This document shows, in pieces, positions 29,778 through 39,009 of a stretch of DNA of 64,000 nt. Location: contig CAVQMM010000001.1 in assembly GCA_963713615.1 (NCBI GenBank), positions 3,488,001 through 3,552,000 on the forward strand, given 5' to 3'. A program made the translations under genes and the position numbers. This DNA comes from an uncultured Chlamydiae bacterium. Its GTDB lineage: Bacteria > Chlamydiota > Chlamydiia > Chlamydiales > JAJFMA01. Below the pieces are notes generated by a model. The model worked only from the letters and a program-made list of their open reading frames with translations, was not told the origin of the DNA and searched no databases. Position 1 is the first letter of the stretch; each line of letters starts with the position of its first letter.

Positions 29778-30211
29778 GAGGTAATTGCAAAATTATTTGA
29801 GCCCTTGAGAATCGATTCTCAGAAAAAAAGGTTACCTTTTTATGCGAGAAGGCGATTCTGGAGAGCTCAAATGGCATGGCACTATCTAGTCTGGAGAGAC
29901 AGGCTTTTATCCCTTTCTAGGCCCGAAGGGTCGATATTGCAACAGGCCAGGGCATCGCCCTGGTATATGCCAAGGGGAATTTCGCAGTCTGAAAGACTGC
30001 CACAAGACGTCTGTATTCACACGCTATTTATGCAAGCGCCTTATGGCAGTCTTTCAGACTGCGAAATCCCTTCCTGGAATATACCAGGGCGATGCCCTGG
30101 CCTGTTGCAATATCGACCCTTCGGGCCTGGGAAGGGAATCGCTTATCTCTCTTCGCCGGCCGTCGAGTTTCAGGAAATTGACTTCGGAAACCGGACTTCT
30201 GCAATTACCTC
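29778..30211 (+). mobile_element. Outer MITE, empty variant (CCAGGG/CCCTGG arms)
   Basis: TIRs intact; 4-bp TSD TTAA. Confidence 0.92.
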
Positions 30212-30379
30212 TTAAAGACCTTACATGGTGCCTTGCAAAGGGATGGATTGATCTTGCAGCATTCCATTGACTTTGGTGCTGGAGTATTCCAGGAGCATTA
30301 CATAAGAAAAGCATAGATCGACAGCTTTATTAACTGTAAAATACTGCCTAGAATTCTGTGAGAAATGAGTTTGCATCGT

Positions 30380-31378
30380 TTAAGGGATAGCTCTCTCAGA
30401 TTTGGTTATAGAGTGACTTGAGGATGGTTGTAAGAGGGTTTCGGCATTTCTATAGCATATCTTTTCACGAATCGCGTCGGTAATGGGAGCTTGTTCCAGG
30501 AATTGCGCCGCCACTTCCGAGGATTCATAGGGATAATCGACAGAGAACATGACTCTTTCCTCCCCGAGTTCTTGGATAGCGCATAATAGAGGTCCATTGG
30601 AGCACATTCCTGAGGTTGTTACATAGAAATTTTCTTTTATGTATTGAGATGGGACCTTTTTTAACTTTTTGGGTTGTTTGATAATATTCCACCGACTGTC
30701 AAGCCTCCAGAGAAGGTAGGGAAGCGTTTCGCCCATGTGGCCAAGAATTAAGCTTAACCGAGGAAATCGATCAAACAGGCCAGAGAATAGTAGTCGAAGG
30801 GCATGGGTCCCTGTTTCCACGGTCCATCCCCACAGTGCACCGGAGAGTTCGGGATGACCTTTATAGCTTAAAGGCATTGTCTGAGGGCTTCCGGGATGTA
30901 GATAGACAGGAACTCCCAGTTCTTCAACTTTTTCCCAAAATGGATAAAACATTTCCTCATCTAGGTAGAGGCCGTTGGTTTGTCCATTGACCAGTGCCCC
31001 CAAAAATTGGTAATCGCGGACGCAGCGTTCAAGCTCGCTAGCGGCGCTGAGGGGATTTTGTAGGGCTAAGGTAGCAAAGCCTCTAAAGCGTTTAGGGTGT
31101 TTGGCTATCTTTTCTACAAGGAATTCATTGGTCTGGCTTGCTAGCTTCTCGGCTATGTTGGCAGGCATGTTTCCCTGAACTCCAGGATCCGTTAGGGAGA
31201 GCACAGAAAGCTCGATACCAGCCTTGTTCATGGCTTCGATGCGCAAATGGTCAATGTCCAATAGGCGAGCTTGGAAATCACCGGTCACGTTGGGATTCAT
31301 GGCCGCAAAATCGCTTTTGCGAGTGTATTCTAGAAAATCAGGAGTAATAAAATGCTCTTCAAGGGCGATTTTTTTCAT
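30380..31378 (-). CDS. Amidohydrolase-2 family, aromatic-acid (gamma-resorcylate / 2,3-DHBA) decarboxylase-like
   Basis: KIALEEHF, VPVYLHP, ILGHMGETLP, FSVDYPYE. Confidence 0.9.
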   Translation of the reverse strand: MKKIALEEHFITPDFLEYTRKSDFAAMNPNVTGDFQARLLDIDHLRIEAMNKAGIELSVLSLTDPGVQGNMPANIAEKLASQTNEFLVEKIAKHPKRFRGFATLALQNPLSAASELERCVRDYQFLGALVNGQTNGLYLDEEMFYPFWEKVEELGVPVYLHPGSPQTMPLSYKGHPELSGALWGWTVETGTHALRLLFSGLFDRFPRLSLILGHMGETLPYLLWRLDSRWNIIKQPKKLKKVPSQYIKENFYVTTSGMCSNGPLLCAIQELGEERVMFSVDYPYESSEVAAQFLEQAPITDAIREKICYRNAETLLQPSSSHSITKSERAIP

Positions 31379-31565
31379 GTTCTTCCATCCTGGTGAATAC
31401 GTGACATTGATCTTCGTGTAAAAACTATTTTATTTTAACGCAAGCATGTCACGCCAGTTATGGATTGTATTTAAACGCTACGCAAGAGCTTTGCATAACG
31501 TTTGCGGAGCTTACACGGCGGTTCTGAAGAAATGAGGCTCTAAAAGCGGGAAAATTGTAATATTA

Positions 31566-31976
31566 TTGCGTGTCAAGAACCCAATGCAATGCAGGAGGAT
31601 AATGATGAAACTGGGAGCTTTCTCTGTCAGTTTGACTGTAAAGGATATCGAGGCGTCCAGACTCTTTTACGAAAAACTGGGATTTACAGTCTTCGCAGGA
31701 GATCAATCGCAGAATTGGCTAATTTTGAAAAATGGTGATTACACTATTGGACTGTTTCAAGGGATGTTCGATAAGAACGTTCTCACCTTCAACCCGGGCT
31801 GGAATAAGGATGCTCAGCAACTCAACGAATTCACGGATATTCGAAAGTTGCAGCGTCAGCTCAAGGATAGTGGCATAAACATGATTTTAGAGGCGGACGA
31901 AAGCTCGACTGGTCCAGCTAGCTTTATGATGGTTGATCCAGATGGAAACCCAATTCTGGTTGACCAGCACGTATAG
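31566..31976 (+). CDS. VOC/glyoxalase family protein (true start probably near 31602)
   Basis: MKLGAFSVSLTVKDIEASRLFYEKLGF...DPDGNPILVDQHV. Confidence 0.92.
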   Translation: MRVKNPMQCRRIMMKLGAFSVSLTVKDIEASRLFYEKLGFTVFAGDQSQNWLILKNGDYTIGLFQGMFDKNVLTFNPGWNKDAQQLNEFTDIRKLQRQLKDSGINMILEADESSTGPASFMMVDPDGNPILVDQHV

Positions 31977-32150
31977 GAAGCTATACGCATCGACCTAAGC
32001 CTTCACAATCGTATCTCGGCGCGCAGCGCTTTGGAGCCCCAACCGACTGTGTCGCCAATATCCGAAAGTAACAAGGCCTCCTATGTGGCGCAGTCATTCC
32101 ATGACTGCGGATGACCTTTGAAGTAAATAGTGACGGTTTTTTGTGGCGAT

Positions 32151-32320
32151 TTAGTTTAGATCGGTGCATTCAACCAGGGAACTAATGGAGACGCCTAAAA
32201 GACGAATGGGTCTGGTTTTTGCGTCTGTTTTATCGAGAAGAGCCGATGCAACAGCAAATATTTCATCAGCCTGTCTGATGGGTACATTGACGCTTAAGCT
32301 TCGGGTTTTGGTTGTGAAGT
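32151..32320 (-). pseudogene. 3' remnant of a second dinB
   Basis: DFTTKTRSLS...PIRLLGVSISSLVE matches the C-terminus of 16343-17401. Confidence 0.85.
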
Positions 32321-32494
32321 CGGTTGGGGCTTCTGTCAACAACCACGGAAAACGACCCATTTGACTATGGCTCCTATGTGTTATTGGTGTATGGAAAAGA
32401 CGATCAGTCGATGTGGGCTGCAAAGGTGGATAAGCAGCAACTGAAGGATTCTATGGTTCCTGTGGTTTCTACGCAGGTTAAGAGCGGGCCTTGA

Positions 32495-33248
32495 GAGGTA
32501 ATTGCCAAAATTATTTGAGCCCTTGAGAATCGATTCTTGGGAAAAAAAGGTTACCTTTTTTTGCGAGAAGGCGATTCTGGAAAGCTCAAATGGCATGGCA
32601 CTATCTAGTCTGGAGAGACAGGCTTTTATCCCTTTCCAGGCCCGAAGGGTCGATATTGCAACAGGCCATGGCATCGCCATGGTATATGCCAAAACGTGGT
32701 TCGCAGTCTGAAGGACTGCCATAAGACGTCAGTATTCACACGCTATTTATACAAGCGCCTTATGGCAGCCCTACAGGCTGCGAAATCCCTTCCTGGCATA
32801 TACCATGGCGATGCCACATAGGCCTCAACCTAAGCCTAACAATCGTATCTCGGCGCGCAGCGCTTTGGAGTGCGGTCGCTTGCGACCGCTTTGGGTTCCT
32901 TGCGACGGTCGTGTGCAACGGCATTACTATAATTCCCTAAGGGTAAAATAGTTAGTACATGCAGCCTTCGACGAATCCATACAATGCCGTTTAGCATTGC
33001 CGTCCCAAGGAACGAAAAGCGGTCGCAAGCGACCGCACTCCAAAGCGCTGCGCGCCGAGATACGATTGTGAAGTCCTAAGTCATTAAGATATAAGCTCAA
33101 AAGACCTGTTAGGTTGAGGCCTATGTGGCGATGCCATGGCCTGTTGCAATATCGACCCTTCGGGCCTGGAAAGGGAATGGCTCTCTCTTCACCGGCATCC
33201 GATTTTCAGGAAATTGACTTCGGAAAATCGGACTTCTGCAATTATCTC
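32495..33248 (+). mobile_element. Composite MITE with inner element 32817-33125
   Basis: Outer TIRs slightly degenerate; inner TSD TGGCGATGCCA. Confidence 0.92.
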
Positions 33249-33305
33249 TAAGGGGCTATGGTGGTATCCATTGTTTCAACAAAACAAGTAGCCGCATGCA
33301 GCTAT

Positions 33306-34610
33306 TTAGAAGCTGTAGGTTAGCGAGAGGCTCAGAAAGTGAGCGTAGGCGCTAGGGAACTTTCCCGCTACATGCCCAAGTAGGGGACCGCGGTTTTGGT
33401 CAAGAGAGAGGGACCCGCTCCACATTAGTTCATAAGCAGCATCTAATTTAATGCATTCATCATAGAGATATTGAAGACCTGTTCCAAAGCGCCATTGAGA
33501 CCCTATAGGCAGAGAAAAGGTTCGGTTTTTCGTCGTGAGCATCGAACTATCATAAGCGATTCCCCCAGAGAACTTTAGATCGGGCGTATAGAAATATTCT
33601 GCTCCTAAGGCAACATGCCAGGTATCGTTGTATTTGCCTACGGCTGTGAGGGATTCAGAGCCAGGATCCGACAGCATCAGTTGCGCTTCGCCTAACTTAG
33701 ACCACTGCTGCCATCCGAGGTCGGCCATAGCAACAAAGCAATCGCAAACTTGATGATGGATGCTTCCGATGAGACTTGCTGGAACATTAACCTTTATCGT
33801 CACGGAGCTATTCAGAACGCCAGTGTCAGCTAAAATATCCCTCAAGAGGGGTCCAATGTTATGAAACTTGGGTTTGTCTTTAAAGCGCAAGTGGACGGGA
33901 GACATATACTGAACACCAACGCGAGTGCAGTCGTCAATCTGGTACAAAGCTCCCACAATAGCTCCAGCAGCGAAGTGAGTATCCAGAAGTCTTACGCTTC
34001 CATCACTATGTGCATCTAGCACATTATTGATTGCAGCTTTTTGCATCATTAGGCCGTACATAAGATTCGCCGCAAGGCCTATTGACAAGGAGTCATTGAT
34101 TCGATAGGCGACGGCGGGAATGAAAGAGAGCCCTTGCAGTAGCGCTTCTGTGATATAATATCGACCTACCCAATTTCTACCATAGTTTAGGCCTGACCCC
34201 CAATAGCCCAACGTGGCGAAACCCGCTGTCCAATCATCATCGATTGGGCAGCTAGCAAACAGCGTTCCAGAGGGCAACCAAGTACTTCCATTACCCCTTC
34301 CACCAGATACATTCGTCAGAGAATTCGGTTGGAATTTGAGGTTGTTATAGATAGGTGTTACGCCGACCTGTGCTGTAGGGCCATCTAGAAGGGACATTCC
34401 TGCAGGGTTGGTAAAGACCGTTGAGGGGTCATTTGCCCGTGCCGCCCACCCTGCAGATGCCAGGCGTATATCGGAAGTAGCCACTTCGTAAAGGAAAAGG
34501 CCGCCTGCATATTCTGTGAGGGGAAAGGCGAGGTAGAGTATGCTCAATAGCCAGGAAATGCGTGTGACAATTTTCATAAAAAACTCCCGTAAGATATGCA
34601 ATCCTGTCAT
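33306..34610 (-). CDS. OmpP1/FadL-family outer-membrane transporter
   Basis: GGLFLYE...LASAG.AARA.DPSTVFTNPAGM; C-terminal LTYSF. Confidence 0.9.
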   Translation of the reverse strand: MTGLHILREFFMKIVTRISWLLSILYLAFPLTEYAGGLFLYEVATSDIRLASAGWAARANDPSTVFTNPAGMSLLDGPTAQVGVTPIYNNLKFQPNSLTNVSGGRGNGSTWLPSGTLFASCPIDDDWTAGFATLGYWGSGLNYGRNWVGRYYITEALLQGLSFIPAVAYRINDSLSIGLAANLMYGLMMQKAAINNVLDAHSDGSVRLLDTHFAAGAIVGALYQIDDCTRVGVQYMSPVHLRFKDKPKFHNIGPLLRDILADTGVLNSSVTIKVNVPASLIGSIHHQVCDCFVAMADLGWQQWSKLGEAQLMLSDPGSESLTAVGKYNDTWHVALGAEYFYTPDLKFSGGIAYDSSMLTTKNRTFSLPIGSQWRFGTGLQYLYDECIKLDAAYELMWSGSLSLDQNRGPLLGHVAGKFPSAYAHFLSLSLTYSF

Positions 34611-34647
34611 GATGCGACGTTGAGGTCAACTAATAACAACAAATTTT

Positions 34648-35454
34648 ATGTGTATGGTTACGGTGAAGGCGCGTGTTGTTCACTTGACAGCATGGTTGTT
34701 GCTTCTGACAGCTTCTCTGGTGTCGGAAGATCAGCCTATTTACAATGGTCAAAATATCCTCAAGCCTATCACGCGTTTTGATACGCGGTTGGCCTATCAA
34801 AAAGGTGTGGAGGATGTGCTGGGTAATTGTGTCATCCTGACCTTGCGTACGGATAAGGTTGTAGACCTCGCCGATGACTGGCAGTTATCTTTTCGGATTG
34901 ATGTGCCCTATTCCTGGTTCTCGTGCCCCCAGAGTCAACTTCAGGCAGGATGTAGCCCAGATGACCACCTGACAGATGTCCTTGTTCAGGCTTTGGTGAT
35001 CACCCCACCTATTGACAAATGGACTTTCGGGGGCGGGACTCAGGTATTATTTCCTACCGATGGTGGTAACACCGAGATTGGAGATGCTAAGTATGAACTC
35101 ATTCCATCTGTAGGTGTTGCGTATGATCTTGATGACTGGAGTCCTGGGGCTTACTGCGGCCTTACTTTACGGCAATCTTGGAGTGTTGGTGGTTATGCTT
35201 CAGCACCGCTCGTGAGCAGAACTTACATACAGCCCTATTTCAACGTAAATTTGAATCGTAACTGGTTTATTAATCTGTCTCCCGAAATGCGTTATAACTG
35301 GGAAACACCTGGCTGGTTCGTTCCCTTAGATATCATGGTGGGGTGGATGATTACCCCGAAAATCCTAGCGTCTATTGAGTATGAGTATGGCTTGGTGACT
35401 GTATATCATCGGTTTAGTCAGGAAGTGGAATTTCGCCTAGGGTACTTTTTCTAG
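34648..35454 (+). CDS. Putative outer-membrane beta-barrel protein
   Basis: Signal peptide, amphipathic strands, C-terminal FRLGYFF. Confidence 0.7.
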   Translation: MCMVTVKARVVHLTAWLLLLTASLVSEDQPIYNGQNILKPITRFDTRLAYQKGVEDVLGNCVILTLRTDKVVDLADDWQLSFRIDVPYSWFSCPQSQLQAGCSPDDHLTDVLVQALVITPPIDKWTFGGGTQVLFPTDGGNTEIGDAKYELIPSVGVAYDLDDWSPGAYCGLTLRQSWSVGGYASAPLVSRTYIQPYFNVNLNRNWFINLSPEMRYNWETPGWFVPLDIMVGWMITPKILASIEYEYGLVTVYHRFSQEVEFRLGYFF

Positions 35455-35508
35455 GCGAAACGATAGAAATCTGCTATGGGTAAGGTAATGTCATAATAGG
35501 GAGGAAAA

Positions 35509-36582
35509 ATGATGCAGTCGATTAACAGGTTCCGAAATTTGTCAGTGGCTGTAGCTACAGCCCTAACAGCGCTGTCGATGTCATGTTCAGCTTGTACGGA
35601 CTTTGTGCTAAAATCTCAGGACAATGCATTTGTCGCTGGGAGATCACTGGAGTTTGGGCAGATTCTTCCCACACAGGTCAAGCTCTTCCCTCGCAATGAA
35701 AATGTTCAGACAGTGGCCCCCAATAATCAAAAAGGGATGAATTGGACCTCTAAGTATGCCTACGCGGGGATGGCGATCTTCCCACAAGACCTGGTTATTG
35801 ACGGCCAGAACGAAAAGGGATTATCGGTGGGGATTCTATGGTTTCCTGATAGTGTCTATCCAGATGTCAGTAAGGCTGCACCGAGCAGCGTGATGGGTTT
35901 TACGGACTTATCGCGTTGGTTGCTAGGTAATTTTGCCTCTGTAGCAGAAGCTAAAGCTGCACTGGCCAAGATTAATATTTTTGCCTACGTAATTCCGGAG
36001 CTTGGTCCGACGGCTCCAGGGGTTCATTTCAGCATTCATGACGCTAAAGGTAACAGTCTAGTTTTGGAATTTTTGAACGGTGAAGCGCGCCTCTTTGACA
36101 ACCCATCCAGTGTACTTACCAACTCTCCCGAGCTTCCTTGGCACTTAACGAATCTTCGAAATTTTATTAACCTTTCAGCGGTGAATGCAGGGAAACAGTC
36201 TCTTGATGGTACAGTTTTGCAACCCTCAGGGCAGGGAACAGGCCTCTTAGGTATTCCTGGCGATTGGACACCCCCTTCGCGGTTTGTGCGTGCGGCAATT
36301 TTTAAGCAGGCCATTGCGGTGCCAAAAGATGCTAAAGCAACTGTCAATGCCGCTTTTCACTTGTTAAACACTGTAGACATCCCTTACGGCGCCGTAAGAG
36401 GCACGCAAAACAGTGAATTTGATTTTACTCAGTGGGTGGTCGTCAAAGACCTTACGAATAACAAGTTGTATGTCAGAACTTACGACAATCAAAATATACA
36501 AGTCGTTGACTTGAACAGTAATTTTCCTGCTGTGGGTGCTCAACCTCGCAAGATTGCCCTAGTAGGCCCCTCAGACGAGTAG
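35509..36582 (+). CDS. Linear amide C-N hydrolase (choloylglycine hydrolase / penicillin V acylase family), exported
   Basis: Signal peptide then CTDF nucleophile, GRSLEF, DGQNEKGL, VLTNSP, GIPGDWTPPSRFVRA. Confidence 0.93.
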   Translation: MMQSINRFRNLSVAVATALTALSMSCSACTDFVLKSQDNAFVAGRSLEFGQILPTQVKLFPRNENVQTVAPNNQKGMNWTSKYAYAGMAIFPQDLVIDGQNEKGLSVGILWFPDSVYPDVSKAAPSSVMGFTDLSRWLLGNFASVAEAKAALAKINIFAYVIPELGPTAPGVHFSIHDAKGNSLVLEFLNGEARLFDNPSSVLTNSPELPWHLTNLRNFINLSAVNAGKQSLDGTVLQPSGQGTGLLGIPGDWTPPSRFVRAAIFKQAIAVPKDAKATVNAAFHLLNTVDIPYGAVRGTQNSEFDFTQWVVVKDLTNNKLYVRTYDNQNIQVVDLNSNFPAVGAQPRKIALVGPSDE

Positions 36583-36656
36583 AAGAAGGATACAGAGTTT
36601 TAATCGGCATCATCCTTAAGGAATGGGAGGTTATAAGGTTTAAATTTTTCTATGAG

Positions 36657-37124
36657 TTATTGTAGCGTTAGATCCCAATCGGTTTGAGAGGTGGTTTTCT
36701 GAATTAATTGGCAAAGAGCTGCAAGTAAGACTCCATCACCAGAAAACTCGATTTTTTTTGTTTGAGTATCTTCCAGACAGAAAATCACCTGCCGCTGTTT
36801 ATTGGGCGTGATTGAAAATTTGTGTAAAAGCAGAGGTTCTTCTCCCAGTGGCCGACGAGACATGCGTGTACCATACTTGTTGGCAGTAGGTTGTTGCATT
36901 TCCTTTTGTACTTGGGTGGATGCTTGAACGTTTTCCTCTTGCTGTTGCGTTGAGTCCTTTGCAAACATTTCTCGCACTTTTTGTAACACTTCCCACAACT
37001 TTTTCAGCATATGCCGTGTGATCCAGAAACGGAATTCATTCAAATCTTGTGTTGAGACAGTTAAAATTAGGCGATCTTGTGCCTGGTCATAAGTTAGTTG
37101 AATTTGATGCAAAGGCGAAGACAT
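36657..37124 (-). CDS. Conserved hypothetical protein
   Basis: 155 aa, AGGA RBS, LHQIQLTYDQAQDRLIL...FRFWITR. Confidence 0.7.
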   Translation of the reverse strand: MSSPLHQIQLTYDQAQDRLILTVSTQDLNEFRFWITRHMLKKLWEVLQKVREMFAKDSTQQQEENVQASTQVQKEMQQPTANKYGTRMSRRPLGEEPLLLHKFSITPNKQRQVIFCLEDTQTKKIEFSGDGVLLAALCQLIQKTTSQTDWDLTLQ

Positions 37125-37350
37125 GACTATTACTTCCTGCTAAGGTGGCCCTTGGTCTTATACCACGCGTGGTTAGATTTGGGGCAGTCGAATGCGTTAA
37201 ATCTAACCCCACGAGTATACCTTGCGCGACCGAGGATTAAAGTGCAAACGCTCCTATGCCACTCACATCTTGTCATTATTGGCGCGTATCTTGCATTGAG
37301 TGTAATACCAATAATTGTAGTTTATTTTATTGTAAAGAGAGGGGGTTTCG

Positions 37351-37839
37351 ATGGATATACCAGGACAGCATGCCCCATTAGCACAACCAGGACAAGCAGC
37401 AGCACCAGTTGATGCCGGTATTAAAGAGGGCGTTGCAGCGTATGGGGCTAAGACTTTCACTACAATGGTGAGAATGGATGATGGCCGAATGTTAAAGGTG
37501 ACCATTAAGTATCCCAAGAATTCGAAGGTTACTCCAGAGAAAGCGGCAGCCGATCTTGACAGGTTGGGAGGGCGAATGGCTAAGCTGGCGTCCGGGCTGG
37601 CTTTGGGAACGGGAGGCCTCGAGACCATACGGATCAAGAGAGGTCAGGTACATGGTGTATGGACTAATTCTAAAGGAAAAAGAGTATCGGGTAACCTAAG
37701 CAAAAAATTGGAGAAAGATTATAAGGCTCTGGATCCTCAAGATCCCAAAAGAGATACGTTACAAATGCAACTTCAAACGATTAATAAAACGATGAGCAAA
37801 TTTACAGATATCTATGCTAGCATCAGCTCGAAAGACTAA
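37351..37839 (+). CDS. Hypothetical protein
   Basis: 162-aa ORF, GAGGGGG RBS, P/Q/A-rich N-terminus. Confidence 0.65.
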   Translation: MDIPGQHAPLAQPGQAAAPVDAGIKEGVAAYGAKTFTTMVRMDDGRMLKVTIKYPKNSKVTPEKAAADLDRLGGRMAKLASGLALGTGGLETIRIKRGQVHGVWTNSKGKRVSGNLSKKLEKDYKALDPQDPKRDTLQMQLQTINKTMSKFTDIYASISSKD

Positions 37840-37869
37840 AGATCACTGAACAGTACCATGCGCGGACTA

Positions 37870-38865
37870 TTACTGCGAGGAAGGATAGAGAGGCTGCCAA
37901 GCCTCCTTTAGAATTGGCATAGCGAATTGCAGAAATGACTGTGGATCGGAGAACTGAGAAGAGAGAATTGACTGCCTTCGTTCTAGCAGCGATGGGCTTC
38001 CCTTAAAGATAAAGCCTAGAAGTTGCTTTAGCTTATTCACCCTTGTGCGCGCAGGCATGTCTGGAGGGGTGTCTGCAACGTATACATCGATGTAGGATAC
38101 TAGATCGTTCCACTGAGGGATATAGGGGGTGCCGGAGAAGTGGGCGCGTATTTGATGAAACAAGAAGGGGTTAATGATGCTGCCTCTGCCTATCATGAGA
38201 GCATCGCAACGCGTTGTTTGCAACATTGACAAGGCATCTTGAACCGTTAATATATCACCATTTCCTACTACAGGGATGGATAAAATAGACTTAGCTTCTG
38301 CAATAAGATCCCAGCGAGCAGGAGGGCCATATCCATCGACTTTTGTCCTCGGATGAAGGGTGATGTATTTTGCGCCACTTTCTTGGGCTGCCAGCAGGTT
38401 TTCTCTGAACAGCGAGATGTCATTAAATCCAGAGCGCATTTTGATAGTGACAGGAACGCTTACTGCCTTGACGATAGCACTTGCGACATCATGCAAGAAA
38501 CTAGGCTCTTGCAATAGACTAGAACCCGCTCCACGTCCTGTGACAGTATTGGAGGGGCATCCACAATTCAAGTCTATCCTTGGAGCACCTCTGGCTTGGA
38601 TTTCTTGAGCCATAGCACCCATCAGATCAAGGTCTGAACCCATCAGCTGTGCAACGAGAGGAAGAGGTGCAAGTTCGTGCGGGTTATAGACGGCAGCAAG
38701 ACTTTTGACGTGAGCATTTCGAGGTACTCTAAGAAAATCTCGGACAGCTTCATTAAAGCCACCGACGGAAGCCATAGCTTTACGGAAACAACGATCCCCT
38801 ACTCCTTCCATAGGAGCTAAGATTAAGAAGGGGCATCCGTTAGAATCTTTGGGGAGAAGCGACAT
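37870..38865 (-). CDS. dus: tRNA-dihydrouridine synthase family protein
   Basis: ILAPMEGV, IDLNCGCP, GAGSSLL, ITLHPRT, GNGDI, MIGRG. Confidence 0.95.
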   Translation of the reverse strand: MSLLPKDSNGCPFLILAPMEGVGDRCFRKAMASVGGFNEAVRDFLRVPRNAHVKSLAAVYNPHELAPLPLVAQLMGSDLDLMGAMAQEIQARGAPRIDLNCGCPSNTVTGRGAGSSLLQEPSFLHDVASAIVKAVSVPVTIKMRSGFNDISLFRENLLAAQESGAKYITLHPRTKVDGYGPPARWDLIAEAKSILSIPVVGNGDILTVQDALSMLQTTRCDALMIGRGSIINPFLFHQIRAHFSGTPYIPQWNDLVSYIDVYVADTPPDMPARTRVNKLKQLLGFIFKGSPSLLERRQSILSSQFSDPQSFLQFAMPILKEAWQPLYPSSQ

Positions 38866-39009
38866 GATCCTAGTAAGTTACCATACTCTACCAATAAAGA
38901 CCATCATCTCTCGGCTTGAAACAGGGCATCTGCCTGGAATTTTCGTCTCGGCAGTCGTGAAATGCATGGTGTTGCGCGCCGAGAGATGATTGTGAGAGCA
39001 CATTTTAAA

